DNA from: Utricularia gibba
Lineage: Eukaryota > Plantae > Magnoliophyta
Length of the DNA: 64,000 bases
NCBI GenBank assembly: GCA_002189035.1
Contig: NEEC01000013.1
Span: forward strand, 868,001-932,000
Direction of reading: 5' to 3'
Positions 1 to 11,251 of this stretch are shown here, one piece after another. The position numbers and the translations under genes are program-made. The notes under the pieces are model-generated. The model ran no database searches and had not been told where the DNA came from. It was given only the letters and a program-made list of their open reading frames with translations. Numbering within the stretch: position 1 is the stretch's first letter; each line of letters starts with the position of its first letter.

Positions 1-1249
1 TATTCCTCACAACGTAGTTAAGGTTCCAAGAGCTATTCTTGATCTAACACAACTTCTACAGCTAAACTCCTACTTTAGTTGATCACCAGACCTTCTGCCA
101 TTCCCCTCTACACCTGGAACAAGTTAAAACATAGACTGGTCATGCTACTTAAGTTTGGTAAAATATAAACATGAATGAAGTGAAGAAAAGGTGTTTGAGC
201 ATAAAGACTCAAAGTCAAGCACATATCCAAGTAGTGAGTCCCATTGCCTATCTTTGCCCAATACCCTTGATCTTTCAGTTTAGGCATCACCTCCAGATCT
301 TAGGAAATGGGTCATGTGTTGCCTAAGTTCTTTAGTAGTGTTCAGAAGAGCCACCAACCGAACACCACCTCTAAACTTAGACCATAGCATGCATAAAACA
401 TGTTCTCTAGTCTTTCTTGATTGGCTTATCCATAGGGATGCCTCACACATGTCTGACATATTTAGCCATGAATCTCATGGTTAAAACCATGTTGCTAGAA
501 GTGTGGGTCCACACTCCTCTCCATTTCTTAACATATATTCACATAGCACATAAACAAAGAACATTGAGCACCTTATACATCTCGAAAGGGAACACTTGTT
601 TGGAAATCGACCAACAAGGCACCTAATCCTTGGAAGAAAACAATTTAGGTTTTGAAAGAAGAATTTTAGGGACTCTAAATAGAGTTGAGGCACCAAGACC
701 AAAAGGACGTGCCTTGGTGGACTTTTCACACATTGAAGAACAAGTAAGAGAAGCAAGTTCATGAAAACAGGGAAGAACACTTTCCAAAACAGAATAGTAA
801 CACATATGCAATTAACCACATATGTTCCAGAGAAGCATCAAAACATGCTTCTAAATAAAAAAGTAGCACTCATCCCACTTACCTTATTCCCTATAGAAGT
901 AATCCCTTTCTACAACTAGAACCAAGAACTTTCCCCCTTCTCACTAGCTGTATTCTCTACCCTCCTTCATCTTCAACTATGATTCTTCAGCTTTTCCAAC
1001 GTGACTCTATTCACTGAACCTAGGAGACATCATGAGTCAGCATCCCCTCTATCTTGAGGTTGCCATGTGGCCTTTCCTTTAGATAGCATCTGCTTCATCT
1101 CCATTGGTTAATAAAAACAACCTCCATACTGGTGTGGGCCACATCCTGTATTGATTTCATACATAACCATGATCATTAGAGAGGTATTATGCTAAACTCC
1201 AGCAAAGGATGTCGCAGACCATAACATAAAGTCTTTTTTCTTATACTTA

Positions 1250-2892
1250 AGGGACAACAAAAGAAGTTGGATGATCATTCTTTCCCATGTATTTTTCAGG
1301 TATATGGTAAGTTGGAGCTTGGGTGCAAATTGAAGAATCCAGGGAAGTAGAAAGTTGTAACATTGAGTGATATAAATTTTTTTCAATTTGAATGCGTATC
1401 TCTTAGTGGCAATGAAAAATCAGTTAAAGTAGAGTTTCATATTAATTTGGACTCCAATGTGTGTAATTCAAATCGTATTGAGACTTTGAATTTTGATCTA
1501 AAAGCGCTAATGATACAATAAATGATCAACAACCTAAACAATTGGCCAAAACGAGGGAAAGACAATCTTTGATATAGCAGATACCATCTACTAGATATCT
1601 AGCTTCAAACTACATTTTTTTTTTTACAGAGCATAAGGAGTAAGAAAATTTCAGTAAGACAATGAACTCAACTGACAGAGGTAAATGGATTGTTATAATG
1701 ACTAATGAGATGAACTGTTGAAATAAAATTAGACTTATGAGTTGGTTCAGTTTCCTCCTAGGAAGAAAGCTCTTGATAACCAATGGTTTTATTAACTTGA
1801 AAAATTTTGATGAGACTATTTGACATAAAGCTAGATTTGTGGTCAAGAAATATTGACAGAAAAAAGGAATAAATTATTTTGAAATCTTTGCACATGTTAA
1901 ATCTGTTATGATAAGATTGCCACTTCCCTTACCAGCTCATTTGGATTTAGAATTGAACAATATGATGTGAAAATAGTTTTCTTCCATGGTGATCTTCACG
2001 AAGAATTGTACAGGAAGCAAATATCGGGTTTTGAGGAGAAAGGAAAAGAACAATTGGTGTGCAAGCTGAATAAGAGTTTACATGACCTTAAGCAAGCGTC
2101 GAGACAATGGAATAAGAAGCTTAATTCTTTCACAATAGATTGTGGGTTTGTGAGACTGAATTCTAATCCATATACCCTTATCAAGTCATTTTATTATGGT
2201 AAATTTCTGTTTTTACTTGTTTATGTTGATGATGATACTTTACTTGCTTGTCATGACATGAAACAAATTGATCTGTTGAGACAAGATTTGAATCAAAATT
2301 TTGTGATGAAAGACTTAGATGCAGTGAACAAGATACTTGGAATAAAAATACATAGAAATAAGGTTGGGAAATCATTAACTATCTCAAGAAGGTTATGTTG
2401 AATAGATTTTAGGGAAGTTCAATATGATGGATGCTAAAATTGTAAACACTCCTCTGTTAGGACACATGAAACGATCTTCACAGATGAGTTCGTGTAATGG
2501 GATCAATCATGTAATTGAGAAAATATCATTTTCTTCTCCAATGGGATCAATCATGTAATTGATGGTCAGTACAAGGTCGTTGGGTTTGTGACTAGTTGCA
2601 TCAACGAGTTCACATCCAATCCTAGCATAGAGTAGTGGAAAGCGCTTAAGTGATTAATGAGATATCTCAAAGAGACAAAAAGCTTGGGTTTAAATTTCAA
2701 ATCTTATGAGATATTTCTAAAAGTTTTTGTTGATGCAAATTTGATTGGAGATATCGATTAGTGGTTGTTACCTTTGGAGGAGGAGCAATAGTGTGGATAT
2801 CATGACTTCAGAAATCTATTGCTCTATTTACCATAGAAGCTAAGTATGTCTTTGATTGAAGCAGGTAAAGAAGGTATATGAATTGGATCTTT
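1250..2892 (+). mobile_element. Degenerate Ty1/copia (Tork/Tnt1-like) retrotransposon, left part: integrase C-terminus, RT and start of RNase H
   Basis: ~1250-1340 translates GQQKKLDDHSFPCIFQVYGKLELG (Tnt1-like KLDDKSIPCIFIGYG). ORF 1967-2401 has RT motifs (LVCKLNKSLHDLKQASRQW, LLVYVDD, MKDLDAVNKILGIKIHR). ~2820-2880 reads ALFTIEAKY and EAGKEG (RNase H start). Many stops and frameshifts. Confidence 0.85.
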
Positions 2893-3158
2893 TGTTGGAA
2901 TAAGGTGTATTGGAGAAGGGAGGCTCTATCCCACATTGCTAGTTAAACACATATTCAACAGGTTTATAAGGGAAGACAACCCGATACCTTTGATGGGCTT
3001 GAGAGTAAGCTGGGCCTCGCGCACACGCAGGATCTTAATTCTTTAGATCGGGTTGGGCTCTCGGAGGGCCCCAAAACCTAGAAATGGCTATGCGCAGGGG
3101 GGGGTGCAAATCCACCCCAAAAGCCCCTCGCATGTGTGTGGCCTGAGCCCACGTTTTG
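2893..3158 (+). repeat. 5' LTR (shared portion) of nested copia
   Basis: Aligns to 7441-7682 with about 15 mostly transition differences in the first ~200 nt (by eye). Carries an extra ~25-nt G-rich segment missing from the 3' copy. Confidence 0.85.
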
Positions 3159-3180
3159 CTCCTAGAATACGCTCACATCC

Positions 3181-6100
3181 ATGCCACAGGTCACCTTTGG
3201 TCTTCGCGATCTGTCCCTGAGTCATCCGGTTGTGGGCCGCCAGTTTCCTGATACTGCAAAAATCAAGCCCTTTGATGGAAAGAATTTTCGGCGCAGGAAA
3301 GATCGCATCTTTGAGTTGCCTGGGCTCTTGATGTCTCCAAACAGGATGCCACAGACTCCGAGATCCTCGCTGTGGGCTAGGATTGGGCGAACCGGGTATG
3401 TCGTCACACCATTATTACCACCGTTGCTGATAGTTTCTTCGATGTGTATGTAGTCTACAAGGATGCAGCCTCCATATGGAAGTTGATGACTGCCAAGTAC
3501 ACTGCAGAGAAGGCCGTGACATCTAGATTTGCAGTCACTAATTTTCTGCAGTGGGAGATGACTGATGACAAGGAGATGATTGTTCAAATCAACGAATTCC
3601 ATCGCCTCTTGGACAACATGGCTGCTCAGAACATCAAGTTGCCTCTAGAGTTCGTTACTGATGCACTGATCCACAAGCTGCCACGAGGATGAGATGACTA
3701 CAAGACGAGGATTCGTCAATCTGATTTCAAGATGACCCTAGATCACCTAATCAATCATATTGCAACTGAAGAGAGGCAGAGGAAAATAGGGAAGAAGCCT
3801 GTGAGTCATGAGTATCAGGCGAATGTTCTCAAGAACAAACAAGGGAGGTACAAATCTCGCCCCAAGTCTTCTGATGCTGGTTCTTATATTGTGTTAGCTC
3901 CTACTAACAATGGTATCAAGAAGAAAAAGGGCCATTGTTTTGTCTGTGGTAAGCTAGGGCACTATGCAGCATAGTACAGGCACATAAAGACTGGCAAACC
4001 TGGTAGTGAGCCTCCCAAAGCCAATGTTAATATGGCTCAGAGGGATAATAATGATGACGTGATTGTCACCATGTTGGGTTACTTGAACCTAATTGAGGCC
4101 AGTGGTGACTGGATCTCGGACTCTGGAGCAAACCGTCATGTTTGCTCAAGGAAGGAGTTCTTCTCCTCCTATAGTCCACTTGAGGGTGACAATCACGTGA
4201 TCAAGTTTGCTAACAAGTCTACTACTCCAGTGCGTGGAAAGGGAGAAGTCACCCTGAAGTTCACCTCACGGAAGACTGTCCTTCTGAGAGATGTGTTGCA
4301 TGCTCCTGCCATAAAGACCAATATCATCTTAGCCATCCAGATGGATAAGTGTGGCCTAAATATCAACTTAGGCAATGGGGCTGCTGTGGTGATGAAGAAC
4401 AATGTCTTTGTTGGGAAAGGATACATCGGTAGTCAGGAGCTATATGTAATGAATGCTACTGTTATTTCTGAGAATAAAGTTGATTCTGCTTACATGATGT
4501 GTTCTTTTGATATCTCGCATGCCAAACTAGGTCATGTGAATTATGCCTACATTAAAAAGATGCAGAAATTAGATTTGATTCCTAGATTGCATGAGCTACC
4601 TGCTAAGTGCGAGACTTGTGTAGAGGCAAAGATGACTAAGAAATCATGCTTTTCTGTGACTAGAGAATTTGAATTACTTGCATTGATTCATTCAGATGTA
4701 TGTGATTATAAGATGTGTGTATCTAGAGGTGGCAATAAGTTTATGGTTACTTTTATTGATGATTGCTCTAGATATACTCGTGTGTATTTGCTAAGACATA
4801 AATCTGAAGAATTTGATAAGTTTCTGCTATTTAAAGCTGAGGTAGAAAACCAACTTGACAAGAAAATAAAGAGAGTCAGATCTGATAGAGTGGGTGAGCA
4901 TGTATTATTCAAAGACTTTTATGAGAAGCATGGAATAATACATGAGACTACTCCTCCCTACTCCCCTGAGTCAAATGGAGTTGCTGAGAGGAAGAACAGG
5001 ACATTGAAGGAAATTTAAGGTTCGGTGGTGTTTAGCAAAAGTGATGTTACCTAATCCTAAAAAAAGGAAGATTGGGTCAAAAACATTTGATTGTTTGTTT
5101 ATTGGATATGCACAAGAGAGTACTGCATATCGATTCCTTGTGATCAAGAGTGATGCCCTTGATCAGCATACAATAGTGGAAACAAAAAATGCTGAATTCT
5201 TTGAGCACATCTTTTCTCTAGCAGGAAAACAACAAGATGGTGGTGATGAGACACCTACCACTGAACCTGCTGAAACTAGTGAACCCTTGGAGGAAGTGCC
5301 TCTAAGACAAAGCAAAAGGCAGAGGATAGACTCTAGCTTCGGCGATGACTTCTATGTGTATCTCACTAAAGGAGATCCCCTGACCTACCATGATGCGATT
5401 ACTTCCCTAAATGCTCCATTGTGGATGGAAGCCATTCAGAGTGAGATGGATTCACTCCATCATAACAAGGTATGGGAAGTAGTGGACCTACCCCTGAGGC
5501 AAAGCCAATTGGTAGCAAATGGATCTTTAAAAAAAAGCTCCTTGCAAATGGTAAAGTAGACAAATACAAGGCTCGCCTTGTAGCAAAGGGTTTCACTCAG
5601 AAACTAGGTGTTGACTACTTTGAGACATTTGTCTCAATAGTTCACTTCTCTGCCATACGAGTACTCTTTGCGATGACATCTGTACACAATTGGACAATTC
5701 ACCAAATGGATGTCAAAATGACATTCTTGAATGGTGAATTGGAGGAAGAAATCTACATGTTTCAACCTGAGGGTTGCATAAAAGCTGGAGATGAACAAGT
5801 GTGTTGACTGAAGAAGTCACTGTATGGCTTGAAGCACCTAAACAGTGGCATGAGAAATTTGATGAAGTCATAACATCATCTAGCTTCATATCAAATCCAG
5901 TCGAAAGATGTGTTTATTCTAAGACTTTTAATGATTACTGTGTGATCATAACCCTCTATGTGAATGATATGCTGATCTTTGGGCCAAACCTTGACATCTT
6001 GCTTGAGGCCAAGAAATTCTTAGCCTCTAAATTTGAGATGAAGGGCATGGGTGAAGCCAGCTACATACTAGGAATCAAAATTGTGAGAAATGAAAAGGGT

Positions 6101-6849
6101 TTCTACTGACTCAAAGTCATTACACTGAGAAACTCTTAGAGAAGTTTGGTTTCCATGAGGTGAAACCAACTAGGACTCCATATGATCCAAGTATTGGCTT
6201 GAAGAAAAATAGAGAGGACCCTGTGTCCTAGAGTGAATATGCTCAGATAATGGGCAGTGTGATGTATTTGATGAATCATACCCGACCTGACATAGCATAT
6301 GCAGTGGGTAGACTGAGTAGATACACACACAACCCAAATGAGAATCATTGGGTAGCTGTGAGATGGTTATTGAGATACCTCAAAGGGACAGCTGACCATG
6401 GCATTCAGCATTAGAGAGAGCTTGCTATACTGGAAGGATATAGCGATGCTAGCTGGGTATCTGGGACAGAAGAGCCAAAGGCAACAAGTGGAATGATTTT
6501 CACATTAGGCAAAGGGGTTGTGTCCTGGAAATCCACCATACAAACCTTGATTGCTAGATCAACAATGGAAGCTGAGTTCATTGCATTAGATTTAGCAGGA
6601 ATTGAGGCTGAGTGGTTGAGAAACTATATGATGGGAATACCACTCAAGCAACATGGATCCTTCTTAGTGGTGCTGCATTGTGACTGTCAAGCAGCAATTG
6701 CCACTACCAAGAATCGATCCTATAATGGAAGAAATATCCACATGCAATTGAGGCATGGAACATTGAGAAAGCTGTTGAAAACCGGTGTGATCTCCGTTGA
6801 ATACGTCGTCAGTGAATTTGGCCGATCCACTGACCAAGCCTCTCAATAG
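3181..6849 (+). pseudogene. Disrupted copia gag-pol
   Basis: FPDTAKIKPFDGKNF (gag); CFVCGKLGHYA zinc knuckle; WISDSGANRHVC protease; HAKLGHVN; LIHSDVCD, FIDDCSRY, SNGVAERKNRTLKE (integrase); YKARLVAKGFTQ, HQMDVK, LYVNDML (RT); [21 protein letters not shown] (RNase H). Several stops and frameshifts. Confidence 0.92.
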
Positions 6850-7440
6850 AGAGAAGATCTGTGAGCTTTCAAGGGGAATGGGACTAATGTCGTTAAGCAA
6901 ACGACAATGATGGTAACCCAACCTGTGAGAGGAGAAACACCTTGATCAGGTTCATATGGGTAATAACAAGTCATTGCTAGTTCTGAGAGCACAACTCATG
7001 GCAAGTGGTCGTTCCTATGGAATATGTGTTCTACCTGCAAAGTGAAGGATGAGTACTTACTCTTAATGTCTCTGTAGCTGATGAAATTCAGTATCACATA
7101 TAAGCAGGGTGTGTTACACAGAGACACCTATATAAGTGTGGAGGATAGTCGCTCCTATGAGATATATGTGATCTCTAGAGCACTTATGAATCAACAGGAA
7201 TTGCACCGGACTTATGGGTGCACTTGAGCGTTAAACAATCGATAAATGTGAGGGTGGGCTTGATGTGATTGGCTATGCTCCTATATCATAAAATAGTATT
7301 CAGTTCATAGAAATGCAATTTCACCATCTATTTAGTGATACATGTGTAGGGAAATCAAGAGATTGGTTCATAATCGAAAGATACCATTCTTCAGACATTA
7401 GAGCCTGCAAGACTTGGGCCTTCTCCAATATGTGGGGGAT

Positions 7441-7682
7441 TGTTGGAATAAGGTGTATTGGAGAAGGGAGGCTCTATCCCACATTGCTAGTTGAACACAT
7501 GTTTAACAAGTTTATAAGGGAAGACAACCCAATACCTTTGATGGGCTTGAGAGTAAGCTGGGCCTCGCGTGCACGCAGGGTCTTAATTTATTAGATCGGG
7601 TTGGGCTCCCGAAGAGCCCCGAAACCCAGAAATGGCTACCTCAAAAGCCCCTCGCGTGTGTGCAGCACGAGCCCACGTTTTG
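7441..7682 (+). repeat. 3' LTR (shared portion) of nested copia
   Basis: Follows the PPT and matches 2893-3158. The true 3' end is not identifiable and no matching 5-bp TSD was found. Confidence 0.8.
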
Positions 7683-7759
7683 ATCTGTTTTTGTCTTGAG
7701 CCCATTAGGGTTAACATATATATTTGACTGATTTCTGAGACCGAGGATAGCAGTTCTCG

Positions 7760-7832
7760 AAGAATGATATCAAGAATGATATCAAGAATGATATCTTGAC
7801 CATTAATTTTTTGTGATATCAAGAATGATATC
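7760..7832. repeat. 12-bp tandem repeat AAGAATGATATC
   Basis: Three consecutive units at 7760-7795, plus a partial and a full unit at 7814-7832. Confidence 0.85.
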
Positions 7833-8450
7833 TTGTTGAGTAAAATCTAGTGTTTCACTCTAGAACAAAACATGTTGATTATTGTTATCATTGGATTAGG
7901 GAAATTATTGATATAGATGAGGTTCTTCTTGAGAAAGTTTATATTGGTGTGAATGTTGCAGATTTTTTTATTAAGATGTTGCATATATCTAAATATCAAC
8001 TCTATTGCAAGATATAGGGTTGATATCTTGGGAGTAATTTTTGAATGGTGATTATGATCAGCTTAGGGGAGAAATGTTGAACATGAGTTATTTCACATAT
8101 GTTAGGATGTTGTGAAATAATAACCCTAATTTTTCATTGAAGTTCAAAATGATGGTTATAGATAAATCAACCATCATTGATGGTTGGTAGCGAACGGAAA
8201 GGGGAAGAGATAATTCCTCTAGAGATTTGAGTCTTTATGATGATAAATTGAGTGTGTAATTCAAATGATGATTGAAGTTGATTGATTTGACATTTGATGC
8301 TTGGAGTGTTTGTTATTGTCGAAGTTTTTCCTTATTTTTTCTCTTGATTGAAGCTCTATTATGTTGTGAAGAATTACAAGTTTGATGTTCTATCAATTAT
8401 GATGAATATTGATGATAGTTGATTTATTCTAATGCGAATATATGTAAGCC
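7830..8450 (+). mobile_element. Right part of outer Tork-like copia: RNase H end, PPT and probable 3' LTR start
   Basis: Reads FHSRTKHVDYCYHWIREIIDIDEVLLEKVY and NVADFF (Tnt1-like RNase H end). PPT TTAGGGGGAGAAA is followed by TGTTG at 8076. The LTR end coordinate is approximate. Confidence 0.7.
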
Positions 8451-9623
8451 CTTGATTTGACCCACATTGAATGTATATGGTCTACTAATACTCTATGCCA
8501 CTTTTTTACTTGCTTTATCAAATCAATATGGCATATTATTAACAACCATAATCTATCGGTAACATGTTATGCCAACAATAGAATAGAATAAACGAAAGCA
8601 TATAAGCACCGATTCTCATCACTCTATGTGTAAAGACAAATTCAAGATCTGATCGAAGCAAGGCAAATGCCGTGTGATGATATTTTATCATTCTCACTTC
8701 ATTGTTCCGTGGCTAGTTGAACATAACTGATGCCCTATTTGCTGTGTCAAGCTTCCCCTACAAGGCAATGATGGCTATGTGTCAATGCTTGTAAATGTGC
8801 TTTAAAGAAGCAGCACCCCAAAGTGCCACTGATTGCAGTAGCCATAGCAATGCGCACAGACACAGGAGTGAACTGGCCTTTAAACTCATCAAACTTAACT
8901 AGAAGCACGGGGGAAGAAGGCTTGAATTATCGAATGCAATTTAGATTGCTCCTCACCTGGTTTTGCTTCCTACATACAATGTTCTTCGAGTATATGTTCT
9001 TTTTCTTCTTCTTAAGTAAACTTTTTTAAAATATAATTTAAATAAAAGCATCTTATTCTCCATTTTTACTTGAATCAAATTTTTATTTTATAAAAGTCTT
9101 ACCAATCAATTTAAGAAAATCACTAAGGCCTTGTTTGATATAAGTGTATAAGGTTGGTTTATGATAAATTTAATAAAATTGTATTATTTGATATATAGAT
9201 ATAATTATAATAATCATTATATTCATATAATATTCTTATATATAGATATATATATATATACCCAAGAGTAGATATGAATATTTTTATATTCACATATTTG
9301 GGTTTAGCTAAATCCAAATAATTTAAACTCACTAATACCTAAAACACATTAACCAATCAATACCTAAAGGATGGAGAATTATGAAATTATCATAATAATC
9401 CGAGGACCACGAGGCACATCGTTTTCAACGAAGGGGCAGGTGGATGAATGATTGCCATTCAAATCATTAACGTATCTTTCTTCCCACTCCCAAGAAACTG
9501 CCTCAAATAATCAAAAAAATCCCCAAATTGATTTCCCGGCGAGCCAACGAGAAAACCCTAACCACCCTTCTCTTCTCCACCTTGATTCTCCGGTATTAAA
9601 ACCTCGTTGGGCAGATCATCCTA

Positions 9624-11251
9624 ATGGGAGAAGCGTGGGAGAGAAACTCGAAGCTGGATCCGCTGGTTTCGCCTACGAGTTCCTGCTCGGTGACTCAAAC
9701 GGTAAATGGATCGCATCGCTTCGTGATCCAGGGTTACTCGCTGGCGAAAGGAATGGGAGTTAGTAAGCATATAGCAAGCGATGAGTTCAAGGTGGGGGTT
9801 ATAAATGGGCTATTTACTTCTACCCTGATGGTAAGAATCCTGAGGATAATTCTGCGTATGTTTCGGTGTTCATTGCGTTGGCGAGCGATGGTACGGATGT
9901 CAGGGCGTTGTTTGAGCTCACTCTTGTGGACCAGAGCGGGAAAGAGAATCATAAAGTGCATAGCCATTTTGATAGGTCTCTCGAGAGTGGGCCTTATACT
10001 CTCAAATATAGAGGCAGCATGTGGTTAGTGTGGAACTTTTGAATCCATTGTCCTTTTGTTTGAATTTCGTTCTGGTTATATTGAGTTTTTTTATTCGATT
10101 CAGGGGATACAAGAGATTCTTCAGGAGGTCTATTCTTGAGACATCGGATTATCTTAAAGATGATTGCTTGAAAATCAACTGTACCGTGGGAGTTGTTGTT
10201 TCTGCTATTGATTATTCAGGATTGCACTTAATTCAGGTCCCAGATTCTGATATTGGGTCGCATATAGGCTTGCTTCTGGAAAACATGCAAGGTTCTGACA
10301 TTGTTTTTAATGTCTCCGGTGAGAAATTCCATGCCCATAAATTGGTATTGGCTGCCCGATCCTCCAAGTTTCGTTCTGAACTTACTGAAAGAAGCGATGA
10401 GCAAGAGATTTTAGTATCGGATCTTGAACCTGAAGTGTTTAAGGTTTTTAAACTTTGATGTGCATTATTTTCTTTCTTTCATTCATTCTGGGTACTCATT
10501 GCTGTTCTACTGAAATTGTCTCATGGCTCGGCATGCATTTTTAATTTCAGAATATCCTGGTAAACTTTTTCTCTTTGACAGGCTATGCTGCATTTTATAT
10601 ATCGGGATACTTTGGTTGAAGATGGGTTAACAGTTGATGGTTCTTCCATGGTAACGGACTCTTTAGCAGCAAAGTTGCTGGCAGCAGCAGATCGTTATGA
10701 CTTGAAGAGACTGAGGAGGATGTGTGAGTCTCATCTCTGCAAGGATATATCTGTCAACACTGTGGCCAGAATTCTTGCCTTAGCAAATAATTGTCATGCA
10801 TCTGAACTAAGAGCTGTTTGTCTGCGATTTGCTGCTGAGAACTTAGCAGGTGTGAATGTAACGTGAAGATATTTTTTTTATTGGATAAAAGTTGTATTTG
10901 TCCGTTAGATTTTTTTATTTTTTATTTTACAAACTTTGAAAGTTGGAAAATGCAAGCAGCATCAGATTGGTTCCCCATTATACTTATCACTGCCTTGATA
11001 CAAATGTGTTCTTGAATTTCATTTTCTAATTGCCTTTATGATTTTTTATTGCAGCTGTCATGCGATCTGATGGTTTTCAGTATCTCAAGGAAAACTGCCC
11101 AGCTCTGCAGTCGGAGCTTCTGAAAACCGTAGCTGGCTGTGATGATGAATGTAGTAGTGGTGGCAAGTCCCGAAGTGTTTGGGCACAACTCTCGGATGGT
11201 GGTGACACAAATGGCAGACGCGTCAGGCAAAAACTTGATGCTCCACTCTAA
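9624..11251 (+). CDS. BPM4: BTB/POZ and MATH domain protein (BPM4/5/6 clade, CUL3 adaptor), 4 exons, with a 1-bp frameshift in exon 1 as assembled
   Basis: Exons ~9624-10023, 10104-10443, 10582-10849, 11055-11251 with GT-AG introns. MATH motifs [57 protein letters not shown]|[11 protein letters not shown] motif [13 protein letters not shown]-terminal [19 protein letters not shown]. The G run at 9794-9798 is one base short. Confidence 0.88.

Larger units (their letters stand above)
2893..7682 (+). mobile_element. Near full-length Ty1/copia LTR retrotransposon (TAR-like) nested inside the Tork-like element
   Basis: Direct repeats starting TGTTGGAATAAGG at 2893 and 7441. Polypurine tract ATGTGGGGGAT directly before 7441. 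Internal domain order gag-protease-integrase-RT-RNase H. Lineage assignment is from recalled motifs. Confidence 0.9.

Noticed and set aside
1-1200. Short ORFs on the minus strand (108-290, 481-819, 623-811)
   Set aside because: No recognisable domain. Probably degenerate retroelement spacer, but no family can be supported.
2497-2565. 23-bp direct duplication AATGGGATCAATCATGTAATTGA in copia RT
   Set aside because: A local duplication in a dead element; two copies only, so not a CRISPR-like array.
9126-9365. Possible Tourist-like MITE starting TAA-GGCCTTGTTTGAT
   Set aside because: A matching right TIR and TSD could not be identified.
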